In this document: piece after piece, positions 37,133-48,100 of the stretch
How positions within the stretch are numbered: the first letter of the stretch is position 1
Layout of the letters: the number at the start of each line of letters is the position of its first letter
DNA from: a bacterium
GTDB lineage: Bacteria > Zhuqueibacterota > Zhuqueibacteria > Oceanimicrobiales > Oceanimicrobiaceae
DNA: 64,000 bases
NCBI GenBank assembly: GCA_046757025.1
Contig: JBHHXN010000003.1
Coordinates: forward strand, 1-64,000
Direction: 5' to 3'
The notes under the pieces: generated by a model
The model's input: only the letters and a program-made list of their open reading frames with translations
Told to the model about the DNA's origin: nothing
Database searches by the model: none
Made by a program: the position numbers and the translations under genes

Positions 37133-38509
37133 TCATGCGACTTCTTCCAGCACCGCGGTAAAGTGCCGCAAAAACGGCGCTTCGTGTACGATGCGCAGCC
37201 CTTTGATCTGCTCGCGGTTCTTAAAAATGTCGATGATGGACTCGGCCACGTACTCCATGTGCATGGTGGTGTACACCCGCCGGGGAATGGCCAGCCGCAC
37301 CAGCTCGAGCTGGGGGTATTTGACTTCCCCGGTTTTCGGGTCTTTGGCAGCGAACATCAGGCTGCCGATTTCCACCGCACGAATGCCGGCTTCCCGATAC
37401 AATGCCACGGTCAAGGCCTGTGCCGGGAACTGCTCCTGCGGCATGTCGGGCAGGAATTCTTTGGCGTTGAGATAAACCGCATGCCCGCCCACCGGTTTGA
37501 CGATGGGCACACCGGCCTGAGCCAATTTCTCTCCGAGATGTCGCACCTGACTGATGCGGTAATGCAGGTAGTCCTCATCCAGAACCTCCTCCAACCCACG
37601 GGCAATGGCTTCCAGATCCCGACCGGCCAGACCGCCATAGGTCGGGAAGCCCTCGATGAGGATTTCGAGATTTTTGAGCTGCTCAGCCCAGTCGTCGTTG
37701 TTGGTGCCCAAAAAACCGCCGATGTTCACCAGTCCGTCTTTTTTGGCGCTCATGGTGCAACCGTCGCTGTAAGAAAACAGCTCCTGGGCGATTTCTAAAA
37801 TGGATTTATTCTCATAGCCCGGTTCCCTTTCTTTGATGAAGTAGCAGTTTTCAGCAAATCGGCAGGCGTCGAAAAACAGCGGGATTTTGTATTTATTCAG
37901 CAGCGCCCTGGTCTTGCGGATATTTTGCATGGACACCGGCTGACCGCCGCCAGAATTGTTGGTGATGGTGATGATCACCAGCGGTATGCGATCGGTGCCG
38001 TATTCCTGAATGGTTGCTTCCAATTTCTTCAAATCCATGTTGCCTTTGAATTCGAATTCGTTGCGCGGGTCCAGCCCTTCGTCGATAACCAGATCCAGGG
38101 CGGCGGCTTTATTGTACTCCACATTCGCCCGGGTGGTGTCAAAATGAATATTGTTGGGAACAAGATCGCCCTCTTTTAAAATAACCGAGAAAAGCAGATT
38201 CTCGGCCACCCGGCCCTGGTGAGTGGGGATGATATGTTTGAATCCAAAAATCTCGCGCACCTTTTTTTCAAAATGATAAAAATTGCGGCTGCCGGCATAA
38301 GACTCGTCGCCCATCATCATACCGGCCCATTGATAGTCGCTCATGGCCGCAGTACCGCTGTCCGTCAGCAAATCCACGTAAATGCTTTCTGCTGGTAGAT
38401 TAAAAACGTTTAAACCGCCCTGTTGCAGCAATTTGTCGCGCTCTTTGCGCGTGGTTCGCTTCACCTTTTCAACAACTTTAATCTTAAATGGCTCGGATGG
38501 GAATTGCAT
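37133..38509 (-). CDS. tnaA: Tryptophanase
   Basis: DLLTDSG, PTHQGR, PLP lysine MSAKKD, TYGGLAGRD and C-terminal LRHFTA (tryptophanase type rather than TPL LRFF). Confidence 0.92.
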   Translation of the reverse strand: MQFPSEPFKIKVVEKVKRTTRKERDKLLQQGGLNVFNLPAESIYVDLLTDSGTAAMSDYQWAGMMMGDESYAGSRNFYHFEKKVREIFGFKHIIPTHQGRVAENLLFSVILKEGDLVPNNIHFDTTRANVEYNKAAALDLVIDEGLDPRNEFEFKGNMDLKKLEATIQEYGTDRIPLVIITITNNSGGGQPVSMQNIRKTRALLNKYKIPLFFDACRFAENCYFIKEREPGYENKSILEIAQELFSYSDGCTMSAKKDGLVNIGGFLGTNNDDWAEQLKNLEILIEGFPTYGGLAGRDLEAIARGLEEVLDEDYLHYRISQVRHLGEKLAQAGVPIVKPVGGHAVYLNAKEFLPDMPQEQFPAQALTVALYREAGIRAVEIGSLMFAAKDPKTGEVKYPQLELVRLAIPRRVYTTMHMEYVAESIIDIFKNREQIKGLRIVHEAPFLRHFTAVLEEVA

Positions 38510-38576
38510 GTTGTTTCCTTTCTATTTAAATCGTATAAATTACAGCGTTATCCTGTTATTCAACAATCTTCTTATG

Positions 38577-38677
38577 TGGTCATTCTGAACGCGCCCACTC
38601 CGCGGCGGAGCGATGATTCTCATACCATAAAGCCTGAGTACGCCACCAGAATGATCCACTGTCAGAACGAATGACCA
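38577..38677. repeat. GTCATT...AATGAC REP-like palindrome
   Basis: tggtcattc/gaatgacca termini with an inner ctccgcggcggag hairpin. Confidence 0.6.
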
Positions 38678-38783
38678 ACTGAACGGCATCGAAGGCTATT
38701 TTTTCAAGGGGTCATTCATAATATAATTGGTTGGTTATCCGTACAAATCTTATTTTATTCGTTTTTCTAAATCCAGTCTCGTT

Positions 38784-39782
38784 TCAATTACGACATTTCA
38801 CCAATTCAAATTCCACCTGAATGCCGCCGGTTTCAATACCAGCCCAATTCTGGATGGTCGGTTTATGATAGGCCGAAAGCGCTTGCAGCTCTGTTGAAGA
38901 AATCAAGTCCATTTGCCGCAAACATTCCAGCATCACGGCATCCGAGGCGCGTTTACTGCCGTCGGCAATTTTCAGCGCTATTCCAAACGGCTTCTCTCCG
39001 CGCACGGCCAAACAGCGAATTCCCTCGGCACCGACTTTGCTGATCATTCGTCCATTCATAACCTGCATCAAAACGGTATCGAAGCGATCACTGCCCGCAA
39101 TCATTTCGGGAAAAGTGGACATGGCGTCGAACACTTTTTTTGTCAGCGGCGTTTCTGTGCGCGCCAATTGAGCGTACATGCGGGCCATATTTCGCAGGGG
39201 CATAAAAAACACCGGCGCACTGCAGCCATCCACACCGATTCCGATGTCCCCGACAGCTAAATTGGAAAAAAGGGAAATTTGTTGGAGAATGCGTTTTTGC
39301 ACCGGGTGTTCCGGATCTAAATACGAAGCCAATTCCCAGCCGTGAAATTTTGCCAGCGCCAGCATGCCGGCATGTTTACCGGAACAGTTGTTATAAATCG
39401 GCGAAGGCTTCTTATTCTGCCTAAAATGCTCCAGGGAACTGAGCTGGTGCATCGGGGTGTGAAAGCCACAGCGCAGGTCGTTTTCGGTCAAGCCGCACTT
39501 TTTGAGAATACTCCCAACCGTCTCGATATGAAAATCTTCGCCGTTGTGTGAGGCCATGATCACGGCCAGCTCTCTGTCTGTCAGTCTAAAATGTTCGTAC
39601 ACGCCGTCTTGCAGCATGGGCATAATTTGGATGGGTTTGGCTGCCGAACGAATGTATGATTCATGGTCGGCGTTACCCACGAATGCCGCCAAATTATCGC
39701 GGGCATCGATCACGGCCAGGTGGCCAGCGTGAACGCTTTCCTCTCTTTCGTTACGAATCACCCGCCCTACTATTTCAGTCAA
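38784..39782 (-). CDS. Asparaginase II family (Rhizobium AnsA type)
   Basis: RSAAKP, SHNGE, NNCSGKH, DGCSAP and SKVGAEG. Confidence 0.92.
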   Translation of the reverse strand: MTEIVGRVIRNEREESVHAGHLAVIDARDNLAAFVGNADHESYIRSAAKPIQIMPMLQDGVYEHFRLTDRELAVIMASHNGEDFHIETVGSILKKCGLTENDLRCGFHTPMHQLSSLEHFRQNKKPSPIYNNCSGKHAGMLALAKFHGWELASYLDPEHPVQKRILQQISLFSNLAVGDIGIGVDGCSAPVFFMPLRNMARMYAQLARTETPLTKKVFDAMSTFPEMIAGSDRFDTVLMQVMNGRMISKVGAEGIRCLAVRGEKPFGIALKIADGSKRASDAVMLECLRQMDLISSTELQALSAYHKPTIQNWAGIETGGIQVEFELVKCRN

Positions 39783-39908
39783 AAGGGTTCCCTCATTTTA
39801 CTTTTTACGCCGATTTTGCATTTTGAAATTTTGAACTCCTTGAAAATTTAAAAGATAATTCCATGAATGTTCCGATCTAATTGATACAGCATCAGTTTAA
39901 CTTGTGCC

Positions 39909-40052
39909 TGAACGAAAACGACCCTATCTTCCCGAAGGCCTCCTGGCCGAAAGTGAATTCCTGCCGAGCTCGACGGGGTCTGTAGAGAGCTTTGTCAGGG
40001 ACGCCTTCACGAAGAGGTTTTTTAAATCTCGCGTTTCTTGTGTTTTCGTTCA
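39909..40052 (-). mobile_element. MITE-like element, family B, copy 2
   Basis: Same TIR as 30483-30650. Shares gcaggaattcac..tcgg.caggaggccttcgggaagat.gggtcgttttcgttca. Confidence 0.75.
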
Positions 40053-40078
40053 ATAGTTATTAATCCAAAATTAAGGTT

Positions 40079-40795
40079 TTATCTTCGAATCAAATCCAAC
40101 ATTTCTTTCACTGCTCGTTCTATCCCCACCATCACGGCTTTGGCCACGATGGAATGACCGATGTTCAATTCTTCGATTTGCTCGATTTCCAGAATATCCT
40201 GCACATTCTGATAATTCAAACCGTGGCCGGCGCTCACCCCCAGACCGATTTTGGCCGCAGCAATGGCCATGGAACGGATCTTTTCCAGCTCATCGGTAAT
40301 GCTGCCCAGGTCTTCGACCGTGGCGTAGGTGCCCGTGTGCAGCTCCACATAATCGGCACCGCAACGGGCAGCCGCTTTCACCTGACCGATGTCGGGGTCG
40401 ATGAACAGCGAGGTGACGATGTTGTGACTGTGCAGTTGGTTGATCACCTCTTCGATCCAATCGAGGTTGCCCAGCACATCCAAACCGCCTTCGGTGGTGA
40501 TCTCTTCGCGTTTTTCCGGCACCAATGTCACCATGTCGGGTACGACTTCCGTGGCGATTTTCACCATTTCATCCACTGCCGCCATTTCCAAATTCAAGTG
40601 GGTTTTTACCAGTTCTTTCAGCAGAAACAAATCTTTATCTTTGATATGCCGCCTATCTTCCCGCAGGTGGCAGACAATGCCGTCCACCCCCGCCATCTCC
40701 GCGATCACGGCCGCTGCCACCGGATCCGGCATGTCGCCTTTGCGCGCCTCTCTTAAGGTGGCAACATGATCGACATTTAATCCTAATCTTACCAT
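40079..40795 (-). CDS. pdxJ: Pyridoxine 5'-phosphate synthase
   Basis: LGLNVDHVATLR, HLREDRRHI, TTEGGL, AGHGL and ELNIGHSI. Confidence 0.97.
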   Translation of the reverse strand: MVRLGLNVDHVATLREARKGDMPDPVAAAVIAEMAGVDGIVCHLREDRRHIKDKDLFLLKELVKTHLNLEMAAVDEMVKIATEVVPDMVTLVPEKREEITTEGGLDVLGNLDWIEEVINQLHSHNIVTSLFIDPDIGQVKAAARCGADYVELHTGTYATVEDLGSITDELEKIRSMAIAAAKIGLGVSAGHGLNYQNVQDILEIEQIEELNIGHSIVAKAVMVGIERAVKEMLDLIRR

Positions 40796-40806
40796 GCGTC
40801 TCCCTC

Positions 40807-41877
40807 CTATTTTACAGTCTTAGAAACAGTGACAAATTTATATCCTTTTTTCTTTAAAACAGCGAGCTCTTGTTTTAACACTTTTAACGTCAACGGCCTA
40901 GGATGCCCGATGCCGATGGCCTGGCCATTTTTTGTTGCGATTTCCGCCAAAGAATAAAGCTGCTGACGAATGTACGGTTCTTCGTCGATGTTATCCAGAA
41001 AGGTATCGTTGATGTTGCACGGGATTTTCATTTTCTGTGCCTGGTTAAACGCCCGGGTTTTGGAGTTGGTGCGGCTATCCAGAAAAAACAGTTCGGTTTT
41101 TTTAACTTCATCCATCAGTGCGGCAACGACCTTTTCATCCACCGTAGCCAGCGACCCCATGTGGTTGTTCATGCCGACGGCATGTGGAATCGCGGCAATG
41201 GCTTTTCGAACCCGGCTGCGAACTTCGGTGTCGTTCATACTGGTTAATAGAATGTATTCGTCGAACTTGACTTTATTGGCTTGCGGTTCCATGGGTAAAT
41301 GCAGCATGACCTCACGATGATTGCCAAAAGCGGATTCCGCGATCTTCCTGGAGTAGGATAAACCCGGCAAAATCGACAGGGTGACTTTGGGCTCTAAATT
41401 GATGAATTCTTTCACCGTTTTATTAAAGGAATAACCAAAATCGTCGATGACGATGGCGATTTTACCGCCTATACGTTTCAAAGCATTATCCTGCACCAGG
41501 GTCAGTTTAAACAAGGCTTCGCCGTCCACGGCGACTTCGATGACCATCTCGTCCCAGGTGGGATTGGTTTCGGCTTTCAGAAACTGGGCGCCGGAGTCGC
41601 GCAATTTGGCCACCAGATCAACATACGGCTCGAGCATATTTAAATCAACCGGAATCCTGACGGTTTTGTGGTAGCTGTCGCCAGTAATCCATTCCACTCG
41701 AATGCCGTAATCGAATAAAATTTCATAAACACGAAATTTGAGACTTTCTTTTTGTGCATGATCATCGAAATTAAAATCACTTTCAGGCCACTGCAAAACT
41801 TTGATCGCGAAAAAAATGAGAGAGGTGATGAAAAGAGTCCAAAAAAATCTAACTTTCCAGCGCGGCATCTTCGTCAT
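40807..41877 (-). CDS. Divergent polysaccharide deacetylase family protein
   Basis: IAIVIDDFG, HLPMEP, NNHMGS, FLDSRT and IGHP, plus an N-terminal TM. Confidence 0.92.
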   Translation of the reverse strand: MTKMPRWKVRFFWTLFITSLIFFAIKVLQWPESDFNFDDHAQKESLKFRVYEILFDYGIRVEWITGDSYHKTVRIPVDLNMLEPYVDLVAKLRDSGAQFLKAETNPTWDEMVIEVAVDGEALFKLTLVQDNALKRIGGKIAIVIDDFGYSFNKTVKEFINLEPKVTLSILPGLSYSRKIAESAFGNHREVMLHLPMEPQANKVKFDEYILLTSMNDTEVRSRVRKAIAAIPHAVGMNNHMGSLATVDEKVVAALMDEVKKTELFFLDSRTNSKTRAFNQAQKMKIPCNINDTFLDNIDEEPYIRQQLYSLAEIATKNGQAIGIGHPRPLTLKVLKQELAVLKKKGYKFVTVSKTVK

Positions 41878-42485
41878 TAAAAAATTAGTGCTTTTAATTT
41901 ACTCCAGGTCGCATCTACTCCATTAGTAAAGTCCTCCCACCGATAAATCGCCCAGTCGCCTGTGTGATTCTTTTCCAGCCAAAATTTTGCCTGCCCTTTC
42001 ACCAGCACCGGGATGCCTTCACCCTGGCGGGTGTGCAGCATAATCAATTGATAATTCTGCGTGAATGTTGCGGTGGTGGCGCCCTCTTCCACGCGGGGTT
42101 CGTCAAATCGCAATTCATGCAAGGAATCAGCAGGCGTGGCTTGGAAAAGTAGCGTGATATATAGTCGCTCTTCGCTCAAGCTCCAATTCTGAAAAACCCC
42201 CGGATTGGCTGCTGCCACTCCTTGGTCCGGCACAAATTCAAATTTCTTTTCCGAACGCGTTGTATCCACAAAACTTCTCATATAATTTTCAGCATTTCTT
42301 TCCAGGATGGCAAAACGCATATTGTCAAAGACCATTTCCGGCGTGATGGGCGGAATGTAATTGGACACGGTTTTCTGCGGCGGCTGGGGCTCGCGCGTAG
42401 TAAACGGATTGGCACATGCGAAAAACACCACCACCAGCCACCAAATCCCGTAAACGGCACATTTGTTTTTTAATTTTACTTGCAA
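41877..42485 (-). CDS. Hypothetical lipoprotein, NTF2-like (paralog of 23391)
   Basis: FFAC-ANPFTTR, TPEMVFDN and terminal WAIYRWED. Confidence 0.7.
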   Translation of the reverse strand: MQVKLKNKCAVYGIWWLVVVFFACANPFTTREPQPPQKTVSNYIPPITPEMVFDNMRFAILERNAENYMRSFVDTTRSEKKFEFVPDQGVAAANPGVFQNWSLSEERLYITLLFQATPADSLHELRFDEPRVEEGATTATFTQNYQLIMLHTRQGEGIPVLVKGQAKFWLEKNHTGDWAIYRWEDFTNGVDATWSKLKALIF

Positions 42486-42535
42486 TAGACTGTTAAAAAA
42501 CTTAAATTAAAAACGGTCAAATATTTAGCCCTATT

Positions 42536-42946
42536 ATGCTGATTCGTTTACTTTTACTTTTTACCGTGGTACCGCTCCTGGAGCTGGCTTTGCTCATCGA
42601 GCTGGGCAAGGCCGTCGGGCTGTTCAACACCATTGCCATCGTTATCACCACTGGCGTGGCAGGCGCTTACCTGGCGCGCTCCCAGGGCTTTGGACTGCTC
42701 AGTCGTATTCAAAAGGAGCTGGCACTGGGCCACATGCCCGCCGAAAGTTTGATCGATGGCGCCATGATTCTCGCGGGTGCCATATTATTGCTGACCCCCG
42801 GCCTGATCACCGATACTCTGGGACTGGCCCTGCTGCTGCCGTTTACGCGGGCGATCATAAAGATTTATCTAAAGAACTATTTCCAAAAAAAAATCCATCA
42901 GGGCGAAATTCAAGTCCACTATCGCGTCGATGATGATTCAGATTAA
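42536..42946 (+). CDS. fxsA: FxsA family membrane protein
   Basis: VPLLELALLI..G..LARSQG..LLLTPGLITD.LGL.LLLP.TR. Confidence 0.93.
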   Translation: MLIRLLLLFTVVPLLELALLIELGKAVGLFNTIAIVITTGVAGAYLARSQGFGLLSRIQKELALGHMPAESLIDGAMILAGAILLLTPGLITDTLGLALLLPFTRAIIKIYLKNYFQKKIHQGEIQVHYRVDDDSD

Positions 42947-43037
42947 GCTTAAATTGGCCCTTGAAAATATTGAAAATTTCTTTTTTATTCAAGGGTTATT
43001 TTCCACACAAAATTCCACTTCGGGCTCCTGGCTGAAT

Positions 43038-43751
43038 TCAATCATCACAAATTTGAATCCGCAGTCGTTTGTTGATGCGCCCCTTACTCTCATGCCCCAC
43101 GATTTCTATTCGACCCACCTCCTGCGTGTTGTTTAAGTGCGTTCCGCCATCCGCCTGCAAATCCAGACCAACGATTTCCACGGTGCGCACCATTTGGATA
43201 CCTTCGGGTAACAGGTTGATTTTGGTACGAATCAAATCCGGAATTTTGAACGCCTCCGCCCGCGGCAATATTTTGACCTGCACTGGCCGAGCCGCCTGAA
43301 CCTCTTGGTTGATCGCGGTTCCGACTTTTTCCGCAAAATCCGCGGACATGGATTCCAACTCAAAATCCATGCGTGCCCTGAGCGGTTCCATGTTGCCACC
43401 GGTGACCTGCGCTCCAAAATCCCGCCAGATCACCCCGCACAAAATATGCAAGGCCGTATGTGTACGCATAAGCTGATACCGCCGCTGCCAATCGATGCGG
43501 CCGGTGACGTTTTCAGACACGCCCGGCATCGCGCCTTCCAAATAATGCAGCACCTTGTCCCCCATTTTTTTCACTTTTGTGACTAGAGCTTCTCTACCGT
43601 TCCAGAACAATTTACCTTCGTCCGCGGGCTGACCGCCACCACCGGGATAAAAAACGGTTTTATCCAGAACCACCGCCCCCTCCTCCACCGCCAGTACGCG
43701 AGCCGACAGCTCTTTCAAATAGCTGTCGGTTTGATAAAGCAATTCTGTCAT
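43038..43751 (-). CDS. Alanyl-tRNA editing protein AlaX (medium form)
   Basis: TVFYPGGGGQPAD, RTHTALH, RMDF and ADGGTH. Confidence 0.92.
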   Translation of the reverse strand: MTELLYQTDSYLKELSARVLAVEEGAVVLDKTVFYPGGGGQPADEGKLFWNGREALVTKVKKMGDKVLHYLEGAMPGVSENVTGRIDWQRRYQLMRTHTALHILCGVIWRDFGAQVTGGNMEPLRARMDFELESMSADFAEKVGTAINQEVQAARPVQVKILPRAEAFKIPDLIRTKINLLPEGIQMVRTVEIVGLDLQADGGTHLNNTQEVGRIEIVGHESKGRINKRLRIQICDD

Positions 43752-43984
43752 GATTTGCCCTCCTTTTCAGTTAAATGATCAGACTGCAGGGGCTATAATT
43801 TGACCAACATCTGTAATCGCGATTGCGGATTTTGGATTTCCGTGAATTCAATTTTCAAGAGCCCTGATCGCAATGGTTTGCATTTTACGGCAGGGTTAAA
43901 TTAAGAAGAATGAAGCGCAAAAGCAAGCGTCCTGCGCCGGTGGGTTCATTTTATCAGCATGCCAATCCCGAAGAAAAGGGGGGG

Positions 43985-44587
43985 TTAGTAAGGCGAGTAC
44001 TTTTCACCCGCCCGGATCGCCACGTCCAGACGGTTTTCTTGCGGCGGTAAAGGACAGCTATATTCCGGTTTGCCATAAGCGCAGGAGGGATTGTACGCTA
44101 AATTAAAATTGATCTCGTACAAACCGGAAGCATTTTCTCTGAAATCGAGATAGCGGCCGCCGGGGTAAGTTTCATGGCCGCTGGTGGCGTCCAGAAAAGG
44201 CAAAAATAAGGAATTGCTAAACTTACCGTTCATGTCCACCACCTTGTAAACCTGCAGAATGCATTCTTCTCCATCCATCTCAAATTTAAAATACCCGTAT
44301 TTTAACGCCTTCCGCTCAACGCCGGTGCTGGTCATCATTTTAAATGGGGTTTTGTTTTCGTACTGATTAAGCCTGGCATAAAAGCGATAATTCAAGTCGA
44401 TGGGAAAATAACTGAGTCCCTGAAAATCGTCTTTGTGGGTTTCGGGAATCGGCGAATTTACGGAAGTCTTAAAGGTGCGGTCTTTTTCAGCACGGTAGCG
44501 CTGAATATTCTCGATGATGCTGTTTTCGAAGACGTCCGAGTTGTTACAACCGACTATTAAAAACAACGATAAGATAATCAATATCAT
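43985..44587 (-). CDS. DUF1684 lipoprotein
   Basis: LIVGC lipobox, LFLPFLDATSG.ETYPGGRYL, FNLAYNPSCAY..CPLPP.EN.L...I.AGEK. Confidence 0.92.
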   Translation of the reverse strand: MILIILSLFLIVGCNNSDVFENSIIENIQRYRAEKDRTFKTSVNSPIPETHKDDFQGLSYFPIDLNYRFYARLNQYENKTPFKMMTSTGVERKALKYGYFKFEMDGEECILQVYKVVDMNGKFSNSLFLPFLDATSGHETYPGGRYLDFRENASGLYEINFNLAYNPSCAYGKPEYSCPLPPQENRLDVAIRAGEKYSPY

Positions 44588-44979
44588 GGTGCTATGTTCA
44601 TATAATATTTTTGTGGATGAAGTATATTACCCTGTGAAACAATGAAATTCAAAATTCTATTTCCCACAAGAGTCATTTTTTAGGCGCTTAGCGCCGTACT
44701 TCGACAATTTGTTATCGATACATTGAATCGTTAAAAATCGCATAGTGAACAAAATTGAGTATCCCAGAATGCGGAAAGCGGTAAGGTGTGTTTGCAGACG
44801 ATAGACCTGCAAATTCCGAAATCCGCATTCCCAATTCTTCAATGGAACTGTTTCAGAAGTCCTTTTCCTTATACGGCGTCAGCCCTTTTATCGCAACCGC
44901 ATCAGCGAAAATCCGTCGTAACTTTCTCGGCACTTTCAATCCTCTCTCCTCACTCCGCTATCCACCATCTTTTCATCTT

Positions 44980-45669
44980 CTACAAATAATTCGGCCGCTC
45001 CACATAATCGATGGGATCTTCCACACCGGCCCGCTGAAATCCCCGCAAGCGAAAACCGCAGCTATCACAGAGCCCGCATGCCGCATCTTCCCGCTGATAA
45101 CAGGACCAGGTAAGCTCAAACGGCGCCGCCAGCTCCATGCCCTTTTGCACGATTTCATGTTTTTGTAAATGGATGATGGGCGTGACCAGCTCGATGCGGG
45201 TGTCCGGTTTGGTTCCGACTTCCATCACACGCTCAAAGGCATCGTAAAATTCCCGACGGCAATCGGGGTAGCCGGAGCTGTCTTCTTCAACAGCCCCTAC
45301 AAAAATGCGGGTGGCGCCAATGACTTCGGCCCAACTGGTAGCGATGGCCAGAAAATTGGCGTTGCGAAACGGCACGTACGAGCTGGGAATTTCCGGGCTT
45401 TCCAGATCGGCTGAGGCCACTTCAAGCTGCTCGTCGGTCAAACTCGAGCCGCCGATCTGCGCCAGATGCTGCACATCCGCCACCATCGTGTGCTGCGCCT
45501 GATAAAAACGAACCAGGTCATGGAAAGCTTTCAGCTCTCTGGCCTGCGTTTTTTGACCGTAATTCAAATGCAAAAGCGCCAAGCGATTTTTTTGTGCGGC
45601 GATGGCCAGGGTCACGGCACTGTCCATGCCGCCACTGACAAGCACCACAGCCAATTCTCCCGGCATCAC
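44980..45669 (-). CDS. queC: 7-cyano-7-deazaguanine synthase
   Basis: SGGMDS, YVPFRN, YPDC and TWSCY..CG.CDSC. Confidence 0.97.
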   Translation of the reverse strand: MMPGELAVVLVSGGMDSAVTLAIAAQKNRLALLHLNYGQKTQARELKAFHDLVRFYQAQHTMVADVQHLAQIGGSSLTDEQLEVASADLESPEIPSSYVPFRNANFLAIATSWAEVIGATRIFVGAVEEDSSGYPDCRREFYDAFERVMEVGTKPDTRIELVTPIIHLQKHEIVQKGMELAAPFELTWSCYQREDAACGLCDSCGFRLRGFQRAGVEDPIDYVERPNYL

Positions 45670-46010
45670 AACGCCTTCGGATAGTCAGCCTGCACCACCG
45701 ACCGCATGCCGCCGCGCACGGAAAATTCACCCACGACCTCCATCTTTCTGGGCTGGCAGGCCGCCACTAAATCGTCCAGAATCTTGTTCACCACCGCTTC
45801 ATAGAAGATACCTTCATTGCGATATTTCAGAAAATAGTATTTCAACGCCTTCAGCTCCAAACATTTGACATCGGGAACGTATTTTATGGTTATGACGCCA
45901 AAATCCGGCAAACCGGTCATGGGACAGACCGAAGTGAATTCGTTATTTACAATGGTAATGGTGTAATCGCGGTCGGGATATTTATTGTCAAACGTTTCTA
46001 ATTTAGCCAT
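45666..46010 (-). CDS. queF: PreQ0 reductase (short type)
   Basis: [22 protein letters not shown] and F.VRGG. Confidence 0.95.
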   Translation of the reverse strand: MAKLETFDNKYPDRDYTITIVNNEFTSVCPMTGLPDFGVITIKYVPDVKCLELKALKYYFLKYRNEGIFYEAVVNKILDDLVAACQPRKMEVVGEFSVRGGMRSVVQADYPKAL

Positions 46011-46155
46011 TTTCACCCTGCAATTTTTTTAAAAAATATTAATTGTTCCACCTGTCATCCCGCAATGGTAGGATGACAAAACAGGCTGAACTGATAAAAA
46101 AAATAAACATGATAAGCTTAAAAATCAAGCCTTTTCATCAATTGGCTATCTGACA

Positions 46156-48003
46156 CTACGGAACCGGGGCAGCGTATTCTGGAGTATTCAATTTCGGCAA
46201 TTGACCACGCTCACTCAACAATCCCGCCACAAAATCTTTTACGCCATCGACCACAGCTTTGGCCAGTTGTTGAACAAAATTGTCATTCAACAAAAGCATT
46301 TCGTCGTCAGGGTGCGTAACAAAAGCGCCTTCCACTAAAAAGGAAATCAGGCTGGTTTGGCGCGTGACAAAATAAGTGGATACATTGCGGCCGAACGGTT
46401 TTAAGCCCAAATTCAGCAATCGATCATAGACGCTTTGCGCCACGTCCAGCGCATGTGTCATTGTGTAGTAGGTGCTCGTTCCCCTCGGCCGCAGGGGGTC
46501 GGTGGCCGGTCCGATGGAATTGTTGTGCAGTGAAATAAACAAATGTGCTTGCGATTGCACAGCCAGATTCATCCGATTCTGCAGGCTGAGTGTGGTATCG
46601 CTGGTGCGCGTTTTGATCACCCTGGCCCCTTCCTGTTTCAGCATCTCGGCCACATATTCAGCAAATTGCAAATTGAGGTCTTTTTCTAACAAGCCGGTGG
46701 GACTTACCGCGCCCTCAAAATGTCCGCCGTGTCCAGCATCCACCGCAATGGTCAAGCCCTGGAGAAGCGCCGCATGATTGTTCGACAACTCGGGCGCCTG
46801 TCGAATACGCAACCAGAACTGTCGGCCGACATAACGCCCCTGGTATCCCCATTGCTGTTTTTGCTGAAATTCGATCCGCAGGACAGTTTGTTCGGAGCTT
46901 TTCCGACGCCAGAAAAGACGGCTGAAAGTAGGCGTCTCTGGGAGAGTGAAATCCCACTGTGGCGCCGGGTGCGCGCGGTAAAAGGTGATCTCCAAAGCGG
47001 ATGGCTCGATGAATTGCGCTATTTTGAAGGGAACGCGTTCTGAAATGTTGATGCGAAGTTGTGTCCAATCGCCCTCATGCACGACGCCAACACTGCCGAG
47101 GGAAGCCATCGGTCGCAGGGTGCCTGGCGGTAGAATTTGCAAGCTGGCCGAAGCCATAAATCCGATCACATTTTCTGCGACCTTAACCTTGCTAACACCG
47201 TCCCGCAGGCCGACAATCTGCAGCTTGATGGCTGCAGGTAGTTCCATCAGAATTTCACCGTCGGGTTGGCTTCTGACGACATTTAGGAAATCCTTGGTAA
47301 TCCCCACAAATGGCACGTTCGCTGGAATGATATGAATTTTACCTCTGGATTTGAATTTTAATAGCCGTCCACCTTTACCTCGTAGTTTATATTCAATGCG
47401 CTTTGGTTTGAAATGATCCACAGAAGGCATGATCACCGAGCCCCGGTAAACGCCTTTCAAGCCACGGGCATCGGTGTTTTGCAATTCAACCATTTCCCGC
47501 TCTCTAACCATTTTAGAAATTGAAAAGCTTGCCCGACCACCCGGGCTGCCGAAAAATCCCACTTCCAACGCATCGCCAGCGGAAAGATAGACGTCGCTGG
47601 TGGGGAAGATTTGTTCATCATCGACGTTGGTTGGCACTTCTGGAAGTGAAACCCGTGGCAGCGTTCGAAAAACCCGCAGCGTATCTTTAACTTCGCCAAA
47701 GCGATCCCGGGCGGTGAACACCAGCAAATTGATGCCGGGCTGCAGGTCCACCATGCCAACAAATGCCCCCGTGCTGTACACGCGGGGATTTTGATTCTGT
47801 ACTTCCACGGAAGCGCCGGGCAAAACCGAACCGGCAAATCTCACACGCTCAAAGTTCAGAGTATCGCCTTCAATGGGAAAGACCAGTCTTAAGCGCAAAC
47901 GGTCCGGCACCGTTGCCCGATCCCCGTTTTGCGCCGGCAGCGGCCGATTGAACCAGCCTGCCGCACAACAAATAATCAAAAGTGGGGTTATATTAAAGCG
48001 CAT
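46156..48003 (-). CDS. N-acetylmuramoyl-L-alanine amidase (Amidase_3) with N-terminal accessory domains
   Basis: VDAGHGG..EKDLNL, SLHNNS and LVEGAF. Start uncertain (48003 or 48039). Confidence 0.9.
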   Translation of the reverse strand: MRFNITPLLIICCAAGWFNRPLPAQNGDRATVPDRLRLRLVFPIEGDTLNFERVRFAGSVLPGASVEVQNQNPRVYSTGAFVGMVDLQPGINLLVFTARDRFGEVKDTLRVFRTLPRVSLPEVPTNVDDEQIFPTSDVYLSAGDALEVGFFGSPGGRASFSISKMVREREMVELQNTDARGLKGVYRGSVIMPSVDHFKPKRIEYKLRGKGGRLLKFKSRGKIHIIPANVPFVGITKDFLNVVRSQPDGEILMELPAAIKLQIVGLRDGVSKVKVAENVIGFMASASLQILPPGTLRPMASLGSVGVVHEGDWTQLRINISERVPFKIAQFIEPSALEITFYRAHPAPQWDFTLPETPTFSRLFWRRKSSEQTVLRIEFQQKQQWGYQGRYVGRQFWLRIRQAPELSNNHAALLQGLTIAVDAGHGGHFEGAVSPTGLLEKDLNLQFAEYVAEMLKQEGARVIKTRTSDTTLSLQNRMNLAVQSQAHLFISLHNNSIGPATDPLRPRGTSTYYTMTHALDVAQSVYDRLLNLGLKPFGRNVSTYFVTRQTSLISFLVEGAFVTHPDDEMLLLNDNFVQQLAKAVVDGVKDFVAGLLSERGQLPKLNTPEYAAPVP

Positions 48004-48100
48004 GGATTCGGCTCTTTTTAATTCAAGCGTTGTCTTCAATTAAACTCAAACACATCCAGACGCGTATTTCACCGCAAAGATGGTGCGTTAATAGATTCTT

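Noticed and set aside
37133..38509. Tyrosine phenol-lyase as an alternative call
   Set aside because: MSAKKD and LRHFTA fit tryptophanase, whereas TPL typically has MSGKKD and LRFFTA.
38510..38780. tnaC-type leader peptide upstream of tryptophanase
   Set aside because: I found no convincing short ORF with the W..D..P-stop arrangement, and the region is occupied by a REP-like palindrome.
46020..46150. PreQ1 riboswitch upstream of queF-queC
   Set aside because: Only a tgtcatcc/ggatgaca REP-like hairpin (46053-46078) is present, and the preQ1 loop and A-rich tail geometry is not evident.
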